Virus record (IMG/VR): IMGVR_UViG_3300046007_004004
Location: 802-64,801 of that record
Length of the DNA: 64,000 bases
Reading direction: 5' to 3' (one strand)
From: a virus
Taxonomy: Duplodnaviria > Caudoviricetes
The notes under the pieces were generated by a model. The model was not told the DNA's origin, did no database searches, and was given only the letters and a program-made list of their open reading frames with translations. Made by a program: the position numbers and the translations under genes. Shown one piece after another: positions 1 to 11,008 of the stretch (position 1 is its first letter; the number at the start of each line of letters is the position of its first letter).

Positions 1-1755
1 ACTAATACTAAATGAGTTGGCATCTAAGTTTGCTGTCAATGTACCACTGAATGATCCTGTAGCACCTGTGACACCTGTTGCTCCTTGAACACCAGTAGCA
101 CCGGTTACCCCTGTAGCCCCTGTGCTACCAGGATCAGCAACAACACCCCATCTTGCAGGATCATCAGGAGGCGCACTTCCTGAATTGCCGTCACCGATTT
201 TGATATATGAACCACCGGCATATGAAACAACATCTCGTCCACCTACATATGTTGTTGGTATAGGTTGCCATGCACCTTGCCATACAAATCCTGAACCACT
301 AGCACCTGTAGCACCAGTACTACCATCAACACCTATAGTTCCGGCAGCGCCTGTTGCGCCTGTTGCGCCTATGCCTAATGTGCCTGGAGTATCTGTATTC
401 AACCAAAGAATTGATGTGTCTACTGGTGCTGTATTACTTTCAACAATGCCAGGAACACCAGTAGCACCTGTACTACCTATACCAGTAGCACCTTGTGGTC
501 CTGTTGGGCCAGCAATACCAGTTGCGCCTGTGTCTCCTGTTGGACCTGTACTACCTGTCGCACCGGTGCTACCATCAATACCTATTGTGCCGTTAGCACC
601 TGTAGCACCAGTTGCGCCTATGCCTAATGTGCCTGGAGTATCTGTATTCAACCAAAGAATTGATGTGTCTACTGGTGCTGTATTGCTCTCTACGATACCT
701 GCAAGACCTGTAGCACCTGTACTACCTGTCTCACCTGTACTACCTGTTGCACCTTGAGGTCCAGTAGTACCTTGTTCGCCTGTAGCACCTTGAGTTCCTG
801 TCGAACCTTGTTCGCCTGTAGCACCTTGAATACCTGTTGCGCCTTGTGGGCCGGTAGCACCTGTGCTGCCTTCTGGGCCTTTGATGTTGCCTACATCAGT
901 CCACAAGCCACCTGCCAATACCCATAGATCACCTGTGTCATCTGTGAGTACGCCGTTACCATCTACTGCGCTTGGAAACGCTGTATTGAGTGTTAGTTGA
1001 GGATCGACACCTGCTGTAGGAACACTACCGATAATGTTTACGCTTGTACCTGCAGGACCTGTGCTACCTTGAACGCCTGTTGCTCCGGTGGGACCTTCGA
1101 TACCTGTAGCACCTGTGCTGCCGACTGCTCCTGTAGCGCCAGTAGCACCTATAGGTCCAGTATCTCCAGTAGCACCTGTCAATCCTGTTGACCCTGTTAT
1201 ACCTGTAGCGCCTGTACCACCCACAGCGCCTACTGGCCCCATGTTACCAGTAGCACCAGTCACACCTGTCGCGCCTGTGCTACCTATGCCTAATGTACCG
1301 GGAGTGTTAGGATTTAACCATAGAACAGAAGTATCAGCAGGTGCTGTATTGCTTTCTACAATACCTGCCGGCCCAGTAGCACCTGTATTACCTGAATTAT
1401 CAGTCCATCCTAAACTACCATTACCGAATGTACCTAGTATTTGACCTGGTACGCCACCTAGTATGACAACATTGTTAGGATAACCGATATTTGAAGTGCC
1501 TACAACTGTTAAACCAGTCAGTGTACCAACGCTTGTAATATTTGGCTGCGCAGCATTGACTACATTATATGATAAGTTTGCTATATTAGCACTAACAAAT
1601 AAATTGCCGCTTTGACCTAAAATATAGTTTGCTAATTGTTGTGTAGAAACTTTATCTGTTGTTAGGTTACCGTTAGTACTTACGATAGGAATCAAGGCAG
1701 TCTGCGTAAGATTGCCATTTATATTAGGAAGTTGTGATATTTTTATATTAGCCAT
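1..1755 (-). CDS. collagen-like (Gly-X-Y) tail fibre/whisker protein, 3' end outside window
   Basis: Absent from ORF track because it runs off the edge. Manual translation from ATG at 1755: [10 protein letters not shown]..., long GATG/GPTG/GSTG triplet runs and three [18 protein letters not shown] modules. Confidence 0.85.
   Translation of the reverse strand, partial: MANIKISQLPNINGNLTQTALIPIVSTNGNLTTDKVSTQQLANYILGQSGNLFVSANIANLSYNVVNAAQPNITSVGTLTGLTVVGTSNIGYPNNVVILGGVPGQILGTFGNGSLGWTDNSGNTGATGPAGIVESNTAPADTSVLWLNPNTPGTLGIGSTGATGVTGATGNMGPVGAVGGTGATGITGSTGLTGATGDTGPIGATGATGAVGSTGATGIEGPTGATGVQGSTGPAGTSVNIIGSVPTAGVDPQLTLNTAFPSAVDGNGVLTDDTGDLWVLAGGLWTDVGNIKGPEGSTGATGPQGATGIQGATGEQGSTGTQGATGEQGTTGPQGATGSTGETGSTGATGLAGIVESNTAPVDTSILWLNTDTPGTLGIGATGATGANGTIGIDGSTGATGSTGPTGDTGATGIAGPTGPQGATGIGSTGATGVPGIVESNTAPVDTSILWLNTDTPGTLGIGATGATGAAGTIGVDGSTGATGASGSGFVWQGAWQPIPTTYVGGRDVVSYAGGSYIKIGDGNSGSAPPDDPARWGVVADPGSTGATGVTGATGVQGATGVTGATGSFSGTLTANLDANSFSIS
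362..684. repeat. ~74 bp direct repeat (362-435 and 611-684) inside fibre gene; diverged third copy near 1283-1360
   Basis: gttgcgcctatgcctaatgtgcctggagtatctgtattcaaccaaagaattgatgtgtctactggtgctgtatt occurs twice. Confidence 0.9.
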
Positions 1756-1760
1756 CAGTT

Positions 1761-3671
1761 TTATCCTATGCGCCAGTTGGTACCATCGCTATAAACTGGA
1801 ACATTATTACCAGCACTACCTGTGACCAATGAACCAAAATTGCCTGCTGCTACAAGATTGCCGTCGGTTATAAATGCTCTAGCACCTGCGCCTGCTGTAC
1901 CTGCCGCCGGCAATGATGAGAAAGTAGTTGCTGTAGTTTGAACAATATAATTTGCAACAAAATTGTTCGCTGAAACATTTGTTAAGAAATTACCTAAAGT
2001 AGCATTTAGATTTATTAAATTAGTATTTGCTGTTACATTTAGTGTACCTGTAATATTTGAACCTGTACCGGTTACCACTAAAATATTCGCATTACCTGCC
2101 GCGCTAAGATTGATGTTGCCGTTAGCACTAGGTATATTGACGTTACTATTACCGTTAGCATACGCACCTAAAATATTACCACCAGTAATATTACCTGTAG
2201 TCGTAATTGCATTACTGCCAGCAGCGATTACACCGATAATATTACCACCTGTAATATTACCTGTGGTTGTAATTGCATTACTACCTGCAGCGATTATACC
2301 AATAATATTGCCGGCGGTGATATTACCTGTGCCGGTAATTACTCCTGTACCAAATCCTAAATTACCAACGTTAGCATTACCAGTCGCATTTAGTGTACCT
2401 GCTACGTTAACACCTGTTCCTGTAACTACAAGAATATTTGCATTTCCTGCTGTACTTATATTAACATTGCCGTTAGCACTAGGTATATTGACATTGCTAT
2501 TACCGTTTGCATATGCACCTAATAAATTACCGCCTGAAATATTACCTGTTACAGTCAAAGTATTTGTAGTTTTGTTAAATGTTAAATTTGCACTACCGCC
2601 AAATGCTGTAGCATCATTAAATTGAACTTGCGTGTTACTACCACCGGCTACACCTGCACTACCCGTAGCACCTACAGGGCCGGTCGCACCAGTTGGGCCT
2701 GTAGCACCTATCCCTGTAGCACCAGTTGGGCCTGTTGCTCCAGTTGGGCCGGTCGCACCTACAGTACCTCCTGCGCTAGCAAATACACCATTACCATATA
2801 AAATATTACTTGTGTTACCATCGACACCTGTAAGATTTGCTGATGGTATATTTGACAAACCATTGGCATTGCCTATAAATCTACCGCCTGCTGTGATGTT
2901 ACTAGTGATAGATAAATTTGCTGGTAGATTTACGCCGATATTTCCCGAGCTGATAATTGGACTACCTGTAACAACCAACTGAGAACTTATGATACCTATG
3001 CTAGTCACAGTGCCACTACCACCACCGCCACCTGCAGCGGAAATAGTGACTGCGCCATTTGATCCAGATAAAGTAATACCGGAACCTGCTGTTAAACTCG
3101 TAACACCTGTATTTGTGACAGTGATCAAGCCGCTCGTAGTGATAGGACCGCCTGCGATTGAGATACCTTGGCCAGGAGTCAGACCTACGCTTGTGACTGT
3201 ACCTGTCACTGTATTATTTGACGCGCTAACTATTCTTCCAAACTGGTCAACAGTGATTGTTGGGTTTGTGTAACTTTGTGCATTTACACCGCTGTTGCTT
3301 AATGCTACTGTCACGCAACCACTAAATGCACCTACGCTATTGCTACCGTTTATTAAAACACCATTTCCTGGAAGTATACCTACAATGTTTGAACTCCCGC
3401 CGCCGTTGCCGCCGCCTGTATTAGTGATTCTAATAGCACCGTTAACTGTATCTAAAGCGATACCGTCGCCAGCTAGTAAATTCGCGCTGACAACAGTATT
3501 TCCTGGATTATTATTAACAGTTATGCCGTGACCGGGAACGACTTTACTCGCATTACCGAATAAAGTGTTGAAATTTGTATTGATTTTATTAAAGGCTGTA
3601 TACAGAGAGTCGCTTCCTTGACTCTCGTTTGGTAAGCCAATATTGATAACTAGGTTTCCTGAAATAGCCAT
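1761..3671 (-). CDS. tail fibre-like structural protein with G/N/T-rich beta repeats and short collagen segment
   Basis: N-terminal INIG..N...[16 protein letters not shown] baseplate-attachment-like motif; GATGPT repeats; duplicated [18 protein letters not shown] blocks. Confidence 0.75.
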   Translation of the reverse strand: MAISGNLVINIGLPNESQGSDSLYTAFNKINTNFNTLFGNASKVVPGHGITVNNNPGNTVVSANLLAGDGIALDTVNGAIRITNTGGGNGGGSSNIVGILPGNGVLINGSNSVGAFSGCVTVALSNSGVNAQSYTNPTITVDQFGRIVSASNNTVTGTVTSVGLTPGQGISIAGGPITTSGLITVTNTGVTSLTAGSGITLSGSNGAVTISAAGGGGGSGTVTSIGIISSQLVVTGSPIISSGNIGVNLPANLSITSNITAGGRFIGNANGLSNIPSANLTGVDGNTSNILYGNGVFASAGGTVGATGPTGATGPTGATGIGATGPTGATGPVGATGSAGVAGGSNTQVQFNDATAFGGSANLTFNKTTNTLTVTGNISGGNLLGAYANGNSNVNIPSANGNVNISTAGNANILVVTGTGVNVAGTLNATGNANVGNLGFGTGVITGTGNITAGNIIGIIAAGSNAITTTGNITGGNIIGVIAAGSNAITTTGNITGGNILGAYANGNSNVNIPSANGNINLSAAGNANILVVTGTGSNITGTLNVTANTNLINLNATLGNFLTNVSANNFVANYIVQTTATTFSSLPAAGTAGAGARAFITDGNLVAAGNFGSLVTGSAGNNVPVYSDGTNWRIG

Positions 3672-3695
3672 ATTTACACCCTGATAGTGTATTTA

Positions 3696-4022
3696 TCAAT
3701 ATGGACTGAACGAACTCCCACACCCACATGTAGTCTGGGCCTTTGGATTATCCATCACAAAACGCGCACCTTGTAGATCGTCTTTGTAATCTACTGTGAT
3801 TCCTTCAATATATTGCATACTGATAGGATCAATCAAAACTGTAGTGTTATTTGCAGGAAATATCCAGTCGTCCTCATTTTGCTCTTCTGTTATCTCAAAT
3901 CCATATTGCATTCCGCTACAGCCTCCCCCGCTTACATACATACGTACCTTGAGCATAGGATCATCATAGCCCTTGACTATATCTTCTAGTTTTGATTGTG
4001 CAGCGTCTGTTAGATTAATCAT
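3696..4022 (-). CDS. erpA: A-type Fe-S cluster carrier (ErpA/IscA/HesB)
   Basis: GGGCSGMQY and TCGCGSSF motifs. Confidence 0.92.
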   Translation of the reverse strand: MINLTDAAQSKLEDIVKGYDDPMLKVRMYVSGGGCSGMQYGFEITEEQNEDDWIFPANNTTVLIDPISMQYIEGITVDYKDDLQGARFVMDNPKAQTTCGCGSSFSPY

Positions 4023-4510
4023 CGTTTTGTTAGTTTAATTTCGCCGGTATTTTTATCGTATGTTACGCCCTTGTCTGACAGTTTTTTAACTTTAGTTGGG
4101 TCTGCCAATACCTCTGGATAATCAAACATACCCGGTTCATACTGACTATAAGGAACACCCGTAGATATATATTGATTTTTATGATAGTCGATCATTTTTT
4201 CATATTTTGCTTTCTTTTCTGGATCTGTTTCATTGTATGCATAGTTTCTAGCATTGTTGACGCTATTGATGATTTTCATATCATAGACCATAGCGTCATC
4301 TGGTAATTCATAAACTTCAGTCGGCATATTAGCAATCTTGCGATAATCTTTACCTGTCAGATTGCTAAATGTCCCCAATGCGCTACTGTCAAATGGTAAG
4401 AAATACATCTTACCTTCACGTTCAGGAAGTAATGGATCCATATCGCTAAATCTTTTGAAGCGTATACGCCAGGCTAGATTTTTAGGGATAGTAAATTCAC
4501 TGGCTCTCAT
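4019..4510 (-). CDS. putative head-internal protein with MRASEF leader; possibly ART-like fold
   Basis: Leader shared with neighbours; R...YF...E spacing only weakly ART-like. Confidence 0.5.
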   Translation of the reverse strand: MRASEFTIPKNLAWRIRFKRFSDMDPLLPEREGKMYFLPFDSSALGTFSNLTGKDYRKIANMPTEVYELPDDAMVYDMKIINSVNNARNYAYNETDPEKKAKYEKMIDYHKNQYISTGVPYSQYEPGMFDYPEVLADPTKVKKLSDKGVTYDKNTGEIKLTKR

Positions 4511-5079
4511 AGAAATTTATCCTTAAGTTTCTGTAAGAACGATTTAGGTTGTGGCTTAGGAGGAGGACCTTTGACTTCCCCATGCTTTTTATGTTTTAGT
4601 TTATAGTCAGTGTACTTGCCTATCAAATCATAACCTTTAGAAAAGAATATAGCAGATGGAACACTAACGTTGGTGCGTAATATACCTACTCTTTTTTTAC
4701 CTTCGGGAGCAGGCAATACTTTATTGTCTCCTTGCCTGACAGGCTGTAACCATGCGTCGGGTTTTAACTTCACAAGAAAAACGTATGGTTGTTCGCTACC
4801 ATATGCACCACCTGATTTCAAATAAAATGATGCAGGATAAAACCACAATGCTCTACGACCATGCTTGTAGCCTATATAATCAATAGTGAATTTTGGATGG
4901 TCAACATCAGGTGATTTACCAAACCATTGCTTACCGCTGAATCCTAATTGCTCGACTTTTGAAAAACGAACAAAGTAATCATCGACGGTTCCGCCGTTCT
5001 TTTCTATGTCGGCTTTGATCTGTTCCTTAACGCTAGGCAACATTACTCGTCTTTCAGTTATGAACTCAAATGCTCTCAT
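4507..5079 (-). CDS. putative head-internal protein with MRAFEFITE leader
   Basis: Start moved to ATG 5079, which gives the shared leader. Confidence 0.55.
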   Translation of the reverse strand: MRAFEFITERRVMLPSVKEQIKADIEKNGGTVDDYFVRFSKVEQLGFSGKQWFGKSPDVDHPKFTIDYIGYKHGRRALWFYPASFYLKSGGAYGSEQPYVFLVKLKPDAWLQPVRQGDNKVLPAPEGKKRVGILRTNVSVPSAIFFSKGYDLIGKYTDYKLKHKKHGEVKGPPPKPQPKSFLQKLKDKFL

Positions 5080-6154
5080 CTTTTTTCTTGAACCCGTATA
5101 AAGGTGCTGTTTCTTCTGTGAAACCAAGATCAAGCACAACTGGTCTATTATTATAAACGCCCCAGTTTGCTGGATTGCTTAGATCATTGAGTTCTATTAT
5201 AGTGGAACTACCTAAGTCAGCAAGTTCTTCTGCATATTGATTAAAAATATTCCAGTCCTGCTCTGTAAGGTTCTTACCTAATTCAAAATATAATTTTTTT
5301 ATTGACTCGGGCGTTTCAACTCTTAGTCTTTGACTTAACTTTCCTAGTATAAGATTTGCATAATCAATCAACAACCACATAGCAGGAGTATGTAACATTT
5401 TCATCAATGTTTGACCTTGAACTTTCTTTGCTATTTCTGTCTGTAACCACACTGGACGCTTGTTTGCTTTATCGTAATCAATTAGTGGTATAACGATTGG
5501 CAAATTACCTGCATAGCTATCTTCAAGTATTTCAATCTCTGCTTCGTTCTGTGCTAGACCTTTAGCATTCTTAGCGACTTTCAATGCTGTTGGACGACCT
5601 TCATAGTCAATTGTCATAGCAACACGACTACTACCACCGCCTAATCTTTTAGCACGGTCTAATGCGTACTTCAATCGGTCTTTGAATGTCTGACGCAGAT
5701 TCAACTTTTCAGGATCCCAATCTGGGGGAAGTGGGACTTCGCTCAGTATACCCTTATCTTGGAACCCTTTCCACATCTCTTTGCCTTGCGGGGTAAGCAT
5801 ACCGCTAGGTTTTACATCGTATCCCAATTTTTTTACGAATTTATATACTTCGCTTGCTATACCTTGACGCTGATATTCTTTGTCAACTGCGGTATCAGCA
5901 CTTACTACAGAACCGTCTTGTTTCTTCAAAAATCTAAAACTTGCTATACCGTCAAATCCAAACTGTTCAAATTCTCTGGACATCATTCCTTGTTTGGGTT
6001 TTTCAGGATCATATACAGTAACCAATAGTACTGTAGAACCATCAGATTTTTCTTTGGCTCTTGCCTTCAATAGATACTTGCCTAGTATTTGTTTTTGAAT
6101 AAAACTACCTTTGTCAAAGGCATCATATTCATTTATAAATTCTTGGGCTCTCAT
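5066..6154 (-). CDS. GNAT acetyltransferase + protein-kinase-like two-domain protein with MRAQEFINE leader
   Basis: VDKEYQRQGIASEVY (GNAT acetyl-CoA motif A); LGGGSSRVA, ALKVAK, NEAE, DLSNPANWG, VVLDLG (kinase subdomains). Confidence 0.75.
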   Translation of the reverse strand: MRAQEFINEYDAFDKGSFIQKQILGKYLLKARAKEKSDGSTVLLVTVYDPEKPKQGMMSREFEQFGFDGIASFRFLKKQDGSVVSADTAVDKEYQRQGIASEVYKFVKKLGYDVKPSGMLTPQGKEMWKGFQDKGILSEVPLPPDWDPEKLNLRQTFKDRLKYALDRAKRLGGGSSRVAMTIDYEGRPTALKVAKNAKGLAQNEAEIEILEDSYAGNLPIVIPLIDYDKANKRPVWLQTEIAKKVQGQTLMKMLHTPAMWLLIDYANLILGKLSQRLRVETPESIKKLYFELGKNLTEQDWNIFNQYAEELADLGSSTIIELNDLSNPANWGVYNNRPVVLDLGFTEETAPLYGFKKKDESI

Positions 6155-6156
6155 AA

Positions 6157-6981
6157 TTATGCCTTATCGTATTCTGGGCTACCATGTTTTACTCTATATC
6201 TGCCCTGTTTCCAATCTTTAGCATACTTGTCTTGTGGCAATAAGTCATCCCATGTTTGTTGATTTGCCATACGCTCTTTCATTTTAATTAATAAATCTTC
6301 CAAATATTTTTTATTTTTACTTGGCTGTACAAATACATATTGTGCTCCTGGTTCAGTAACAGGTTCGTAACCTATGTACCACTCATTTGCAGGATATTCA
6401 ACACCACCACTCATATAACTATTTCCACGAACTGTTAATCTATCAGGATCATATTTGTTTTTAGTTTTTCCTATAGGTGGAACATACTCAACATCATCAT
6501 CTTTCCATGGTTGTTTCCAGGGCATTGGTGTTATACCTAGTTTTTCAAATTTTTTCAAAACTGTTTTTGGAATCTCTAATTTAGGATCATATTGAAATCC
6601 TACAACGAATGGAGCACGTATAGGTATAGGTTTATATACTTGTTCTTCTGTTTCACCTTTATTACTGCCGTACATATTAGGTACTCCTGCTCCTACTACG
6701 GGTTTAATTTTATAACCATATATTTTAAGAGCATCTCTATCTATAACAAATTGTGCTACTGCACCACCATATGGAAAATGTAAAAACTGATCTCTAGTTA
6801 AACTTATACGATCAGGACTTTCTTCGCCCCTAGACTGTTCAACATCCTGATCTAAATCAAATGCTTCTTGAGGGTTGATATATCCACTACTCAATATCTT
6901 TCCTATAGTTTTACCATCTGGTACACCATGATAGAGCAAGTTGCGCGTTTCGTACTCAACTATGAATTCTTTTGCCCTCAC
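6157..6981 (-). CDS. putative ADP-ribosyltransferase with MRAKEFIVE leader
   Basis: LYHG...ISLTRD...ETEE, the H/R-S-E ART triad pattern. Confidence 0.6.
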   Translation of the reverse strand: MRAKEFIVEYETRNLLYHGVPDGKTIGKILSSGYINPQEAFDLDQDVEQSRGEESPDRISLTRDQFLHFPYGGAVAQFVIDRDALKIYGYKIKPVVGAGVPNMYGSNKGETEEQVYKPIPIRAPFVVGFQYDPKLEIPKTVLKKFEKLGITPMPWKQPWKDDDVEYVPPIGKTKNKYDPDRLTVRGNSYMSGGVEYPANEWYIGYEPVTEPGAQYVFVQPSKNKKYLEDLLIKMKERMANQQTWDDLLPQDKYAKDWKQGRYRVKHGSPEYDKA

Positions 6982-7532
6982 AAACTTTTACCCCAGCGTG
7001 TGTTTATCACATTCCAGTTTATGATCTTCCACTGCTCTTTCAAATACTTTTTCTTATCGCTACCATAATCAAGTATCCAGGCATGCTCCCACCAGTCTAC
7101 TAATAATAGTATATCGTCACGCACTTCATGATTCTTTATAGTCTTGATCTTACCATCATATGCTAGATATACCCAACCACTGCCCTGAATCTTCATGGCT
7201 ACTTCTTCAAAGTTTTCTTTCAAATCTTCAAATGATACATGATGTTTCTTGATGAAGCCCAGCATAGGACCGTTTGGTGGGTTACTATTACGAACTTCAC
7301 GAAATTGTGGGAATAATGTGTTGTGCAGGAACGCCCCTGCATAATTGAAATCTTTGTCGCACTCGCCCTTATTATAGCGTGTGGCATAACCCTTAGCGAG
7401 TTTTCCGTAGTGTAAGCCTAGTGTATCTTTAGATAATACGGGACTGAGTTCACTCTCAGTGAAGTTTAGTGGTATTATTTCTATATCTTGAGGACGACTT
7501 TTATCCTCGAGGATGGTGATAATATCTCGCAT
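6978..7532 (-). CDS. sod: Fe/Mn superoxide dismutase
   Basis: LHYGK, HNTLF, GSGWVYL and DWWEHAW; likely start MRDIITILE at 7532. Confidence 0.9.
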   Translation of the reverse strand: MRDIITILEDKSRPQDIEIIPLNFTESELSPVLSKDTLGLHYGKLAKGYATRYNKGECDKDFNYAGAFLHNTLFPQFREVRNSNPPNGPMLGFIKKHHVSFEDLKENFEEVAMKIQGSGWVYLAYDGKIKTIKNHEVRDDILLLVDWWEHAWILDYGSDKKKYLKEQWKIINWNVINTRWGKSL

Positions 7533-7561
7533 TAAGATATTTATCAACTTTAAGGAATCAG

Positions 7562-8311
7562 CTAATTGTCTAGTGTTTTTATTATTTTATTGTACAAATC
7601 ATCATTTGTTTTAATCCCGGCATGTATAAGGTCTCTTGCCTGATCTACTTGGTCTACCTGATTTATATATTCTGGGATATTAAATTTATTGTATGCGAAG
7701 GATATAAAAGTACTTTTTATATTTAAATTATCAAGTTGTTGTTTAATAAGTTTATAATAAAGATGTGCCCGTGTTTGCCAATAAGACACTGTGTCCCCTA
7801 AAACTATAAATCTAGAGTTATCATTATCATCTAACCAAATACCTTTTGAAGCATATAGATGTTTAGTCGCTTTATCTTGTGTTAAAAATCTAAGTTCTTC
7901 AGGCCACTGAATGAATATGTGTTTAGGTTTGGGAAATTTGGTTAGCCAAGACAGTAAATTATATGTTAAAACATCTATTCCAGTGCTAGGTAAACTTAAA
8001 TTATAATAGTCTTTTTTAAGATATTGAGCGAGTTTATATGCGTATGTAGCATCAAGTTCTAGGCCTAACCCATAGGTGTGACTACATCCTGTAAATAAGA
8101 TGTAATCGTCAAAATTAAGACTACTTGTGTGTTTGGATCTATGCCCTAAATCGTTATGGGAATAAACAACTTCACGATTTCTATAAACCCAGTCAATAGG
8201 TTGTTTTTCTAGATTCTTATTATAAAGTTGCTCATCGTCGCCATTTATAAATTTAAGATCCGTATTACAAAATTCATTTCCTATAAATGAATCGTAAAAT
8301 ATGAAATTCAT
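7562..8311 (-). CDS. SGNH-hydrolase-like protein
   Basis: FTGCSHTYG, NLS..STG, QWP, DLIHAG. Confidence 0.6.
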   Translation of the reverse strand: MNFIFYDSFIGNEFCNTDLKFINGDDEQLYNKNLEKQPIDWVYRNREVVYSHNDLGHRSKHTSSLNFDDYILFTGCSHTYGLGLELDATYAYKLAQYLKKDYYNLSLPSTGIDVLTYNLLSWLTKFPKPKHIFIQWPEELRFLTQDKATKHLYASKGIWLDDNDNSRFIVLGDTVSYWQTRAHLYYKLIKQQLDNLNIKSTFISFAYNKFNIPEYINQVDQVDQARDLIHAGIKTNDDLYNKIIKTLDN

Positions 8312-8526
8312 TACATGCGTCTCGTAATTCTTCCTTTACTAAGATCATAAGGACTCATCTCAATCTCTACTCGATCACCATCCAGAATACGTATTTCATG
8401 CTGACGCATCTTACCTGAAATATAACCTAATATTGTAGGTCCTGTTGATAATTTTACTTTGAACATGGCGTTCGGCAACACATCTGTTACCTCACCTTCC
8501 ATCTTTACTCCACCTTCTTTAGCCAT
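8311..8526 (-). CDS. infA: translation initiation factor IF-1
   Basis: [15 protein letters not shown]...ISGKMR...[21 protein letters not shown]. Confidence 0.97.
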   Translation of the reverse strand: MAKEGGVKMEGEVTDVLPNAMFKVKLSTGPTILGYISGKMRQHEIRILDGDRVEIEMSPYDLSKGRITRRM

Positions 8527-8536
8527 ATAATTGTAT

Positions 8537-9100
8537 TCACTTCTCCTCTAATGTTACTTCTAAATCCTGTAATACTTTTAAATACAGGTCTTCTCCGGCA
8601 GCAACTTGTTCTTTCCAAGTTGTAGCAGCGTTTTCATCTGCCTGATCGCTGATATATTTGTAAATCTCGCAACTAACTCCTGCCATCAAGCAAGATTTAG
8701 CGATACTGAAACATTCCATATCTACCATATCACATTTGACTCTTAGTTTATGTCGTTCAGTAACATGCATATCTCCTGTCGCACAAGTATAGCCTTGTCC
8801 GTCAATAGTTATAACATTGGTATTATCTAATGCTATATGTCCGGGCTGCAGGCCCATGGGCAATAGATTGACATCATGCTGTATGACATTATTCACACGG
8901 TGTATTCCAGATGACAACGTGATGCCACCTGCTGTGCCTAAATTGATTACACGTTTTGGATTATATGTACTGATTAGATTTGAGACATTGATAGCAGCAT
9001 TGACTTTACCAATGCCAATACAAAACACATTCCTATACTTATTGAATAAGTTAGGAGCCTCATCACGCAATGCAAAAACGATTAGATCATTCATTGACAT
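8537..9100 (-). CDS. MTA/SAH nucleosidase-like phosphorylase
   Basis: [24 protein letters not shown]. Confidence 0.85.
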   Translation of the reverse strand: MSMNDLIVFALRDEAPNLFNKYRNVFCIGIGKVNAAINVSNLISTYNPKRVINLGTAGGITLSSGIHRVNNVIQHDVNLLPMGLQPGHIALDNTNVITIDGQGYTCATGDMHVTERHKLRVKCDMVDMECFSIAKSCLMAGVSCEIYKYISDQADENAATTWKEQVAAGEDLYLKVLQDLEVTLEEK

Positions 9101-9647
9101 CTATAAGATTAACTACGTTTACACCTAGTTCGTTTAGTAGTTCTTCGCCTTTTAGGAAGGTGATGTTTATTAGTGTAGCGACAATCATGTCCTTATATTC
9201 AATACCTATACCTTCATGCAACAATTTACATATGGCTTCAGCAGTGCCGCCCGTTGCTAATACATCATCAATGATCATGACAGTACCTATGGGCTTTTGT
9301 ATTTTAGCGACTTCAAGTATATCAGTGCCATATTCAAGTGTATATTCACGGCTGATAAGATCCCCCGGCATCTTGCCTTTCTTACGCACAACATGCATTG
9401 GTAATTGTAGTTTGTATGCTACTGGACTTGCCCAGATAAAACCACGTGCGTCAGCGGCAAACAACATACGTGTTTGAGTGCTATCTACAATCTGACTATA
9501 CCATTGAACTGTGTGCCAAAATAAGTCCGGGTCTTTAGGAATGTCAACTGTATTCAAATAGTTAACGTCTTTTTTAGGCCAATCCTTATAAACTTTTAAA
9601 CTGTCCTGTATATAAGCAGCAGTTCTTGTATCTGTGATACGCCTCAT
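9087..9647 (-). CDS. apt: adenine phosphoribosyltransferase
   Basis: DARGF, RKKGKMPG, YTLEYG, IIDDVLATGGT. Confidence 0.9.
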   Translation of the reverse strand: MRRITDTRTAAYIQDSLKVYKDWPKKDVNYLNTVDIPKDPDLFWHTVQWYSQIVDSTQTRMLFAADARGFIWASPVAYKLQLPMHVVRKKGKMPGDLISREYTLEYGTDILEVAKIQKPIGTVMIIDDVLATGGTAEAICKLLHEGIGIEYKDMIVATLINITFLKGEELLNELGVNVVNLIDVNE

Positions 9648-10141
9648 TTCTTTAGTGTTTCCCAAATCTGTTCTTTTTCTATTATATCTTTTTCTAGTGC
9701 GCGATAAGCATCACCCAACTTCTTTAGTTCTTCCCACTTAGCTTCTAACTTTTCATTAGGATGTAGTATTGCCAAACGTGCTTCAATCTTGTCTAATGTT
9801 TCAGCGATGCTTTTGCCTTTAATCTTTACATCACCTTCAAACTCAGCATCACCTTGAACTTTTAGTTTCGCATCACCATGCTGCCAAGTATCATTAAAAT
9901 TTAGTGAAGGACTTATATTACCTAGATTATAGCCGCCAGTACTATTTGTAGTCCAAGTGTAAGAACCACTGCTTGAATTAGGATACGGCCAAGTATTGCC
10001 TGCTACTGTAGAAATAGTTGATGCGCTAGCGGTTGATGTCATCAAATTATCATCATAAAACAAATCGCCTTGTTTACTTGCTAATTTTTCTAAAAGTTTA
10101 TCTATCTCAGAAAAATCAAGTTTAATATTATCTTCGTCCAT
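9644..10141 (-). CDS. hypothetical phage protein with C-terminal coiled coil
   Basis: ORF coupled to apt. Confidence 0.6.
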   Translation of the reverse strand: MDEDNIKLDFSEIDKLLEKLASKQGDLFYDDNLMTSTASASTISTVAGNTWPYPNSSSGSYTWTTNSTGGYNLGNISPSLNFNDTWQHGDAKLKVQGDAEFEGDVKIKGKSIAETLDKIEARLAILHPNEKLEAKWEELKKLGDAYRALEKDIIEKEQIWETLKK

Positions 10142-10142
10142 A

Positions 10143-10328
10143 TTATTTTTTCTTGATGAATAATTTTCCGTCACTGTCAACAGAAATGTCAAGTTCATCG
10201 CCCTCTTTCCAACCCATTTGTTTTAATATAGGTTCTGGTATAGGTAATATGATATCACCTGTCTCGGGATCTTCTTGAGTGATAACTTCGTAACGAACGT
10301 CACTTTCGCCTGGTTTGTTTTTTGCCAT
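10143..10328 (-). CDS. AbrB/MazE-like swapped-hairpin DNA-binding protein
   Basis: LPIPEPILKQMGWKEGDELDI; sigma70 promoter TTGTAA-17-TATAAT 5 nt upstream of ATG. Confidence 0.75.
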   Translation of the reverse strand: MAKNKPGESDVRYEVITQEDPETGDIILPIPEPILKQMGWKEGDELDISVDSDGKLFIKKK

Positions 10329-10376
10329 ACTTGATTATAAAATTAATGTTGTTCTATTACAACAATATTGGGCAAA

Positions 10377-10985
10377 TTACCAAGCGCGGCAACTCCAATA
10401 ACGTGCCTTCCAACGAGGGCCTGGATTATCGCAATTATGTCTTGCGCGGAAATTCTTGCGGCGACCTGGATTTGATTTTTTGATACGCATCTTCTTGTCG
10501 CCAAAGTTTACTTTGACAACATTACCCTTAGGACCCTTCACGTAGACTTTTGATTTCTTTACATCGCCCTTCATTGGCTTACCTAGTGGTACTTCACGAC
10601 CTTGATATTTGGCTTCGTCCATCTCAACTTCATCTAGTTTGTCATGTTTGGCACGAATCTGTGCCATCTTTTCTTTGCCTGCGCCTTCACGACCTGCTTT
10701 TTGTAGAGCAGCCATGCCTTCTTTGCCATATTTCTTTTTACCAAGATATGCTTGAAGTCCGCTCTCGTCTACTTCAACTTCTTCTAGTTGTAATCCATTT
10801 GATTCTAATAGTTGTAGTGCTGTCTCGTCACATTCAACGATGATACCGTCATCGGTGAAACCTACTATACCGGATTCAATAAGTGTTTCTTCGTTAAGCT
10901 CAAAGTCGAAACTATCCTCTAGTTCCATCGAACCTTCTTCGCTCATTTCATTAATGATATCTAATAGGTTTCTCATATCGGACAT
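10377..10985 (-). CDS. putative head protein: acidic N-terminal propeptide + basic C-terminal domain
   Basis: MSDMRNLLDIINE leader, repeated xDE sites, K/R-rich end NFRARHNC...ARYWSCRAW. Confidence 0.65.
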   Translation of the reverse strand: MSDMRNLLDIINEMSEEGSMELEDSFDFELNEETLIESGIVGFTDDGIIVECDETALQLLESNGLQLEEVEVDESGLQAYLGKKKYGKEGMAALQKAGREGAGKEKMAQIRAKHDKLDEVEMDEAKYQGREVPLGKPMKGDVKKSKVYVKGPKGNVVKVNFGDKKMRIKKSNPGRRKNFRARHNCDNPGPRWKARYWSCRAW

Positions 10986-11008
10986 GGCAAATTCCCCTAA
11001 ATATATAG

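Noticed and set aside
122-3531. Pro/Val-rich plus-strand ORFs (122-757, 1088-1444, 1963-3531 etc.)
   Set aside because: Antisense shadows of Gly-X-Y and GNI repeat genes on the minus strand. Most other short plus-strand ORFs in the track are similar shadows.
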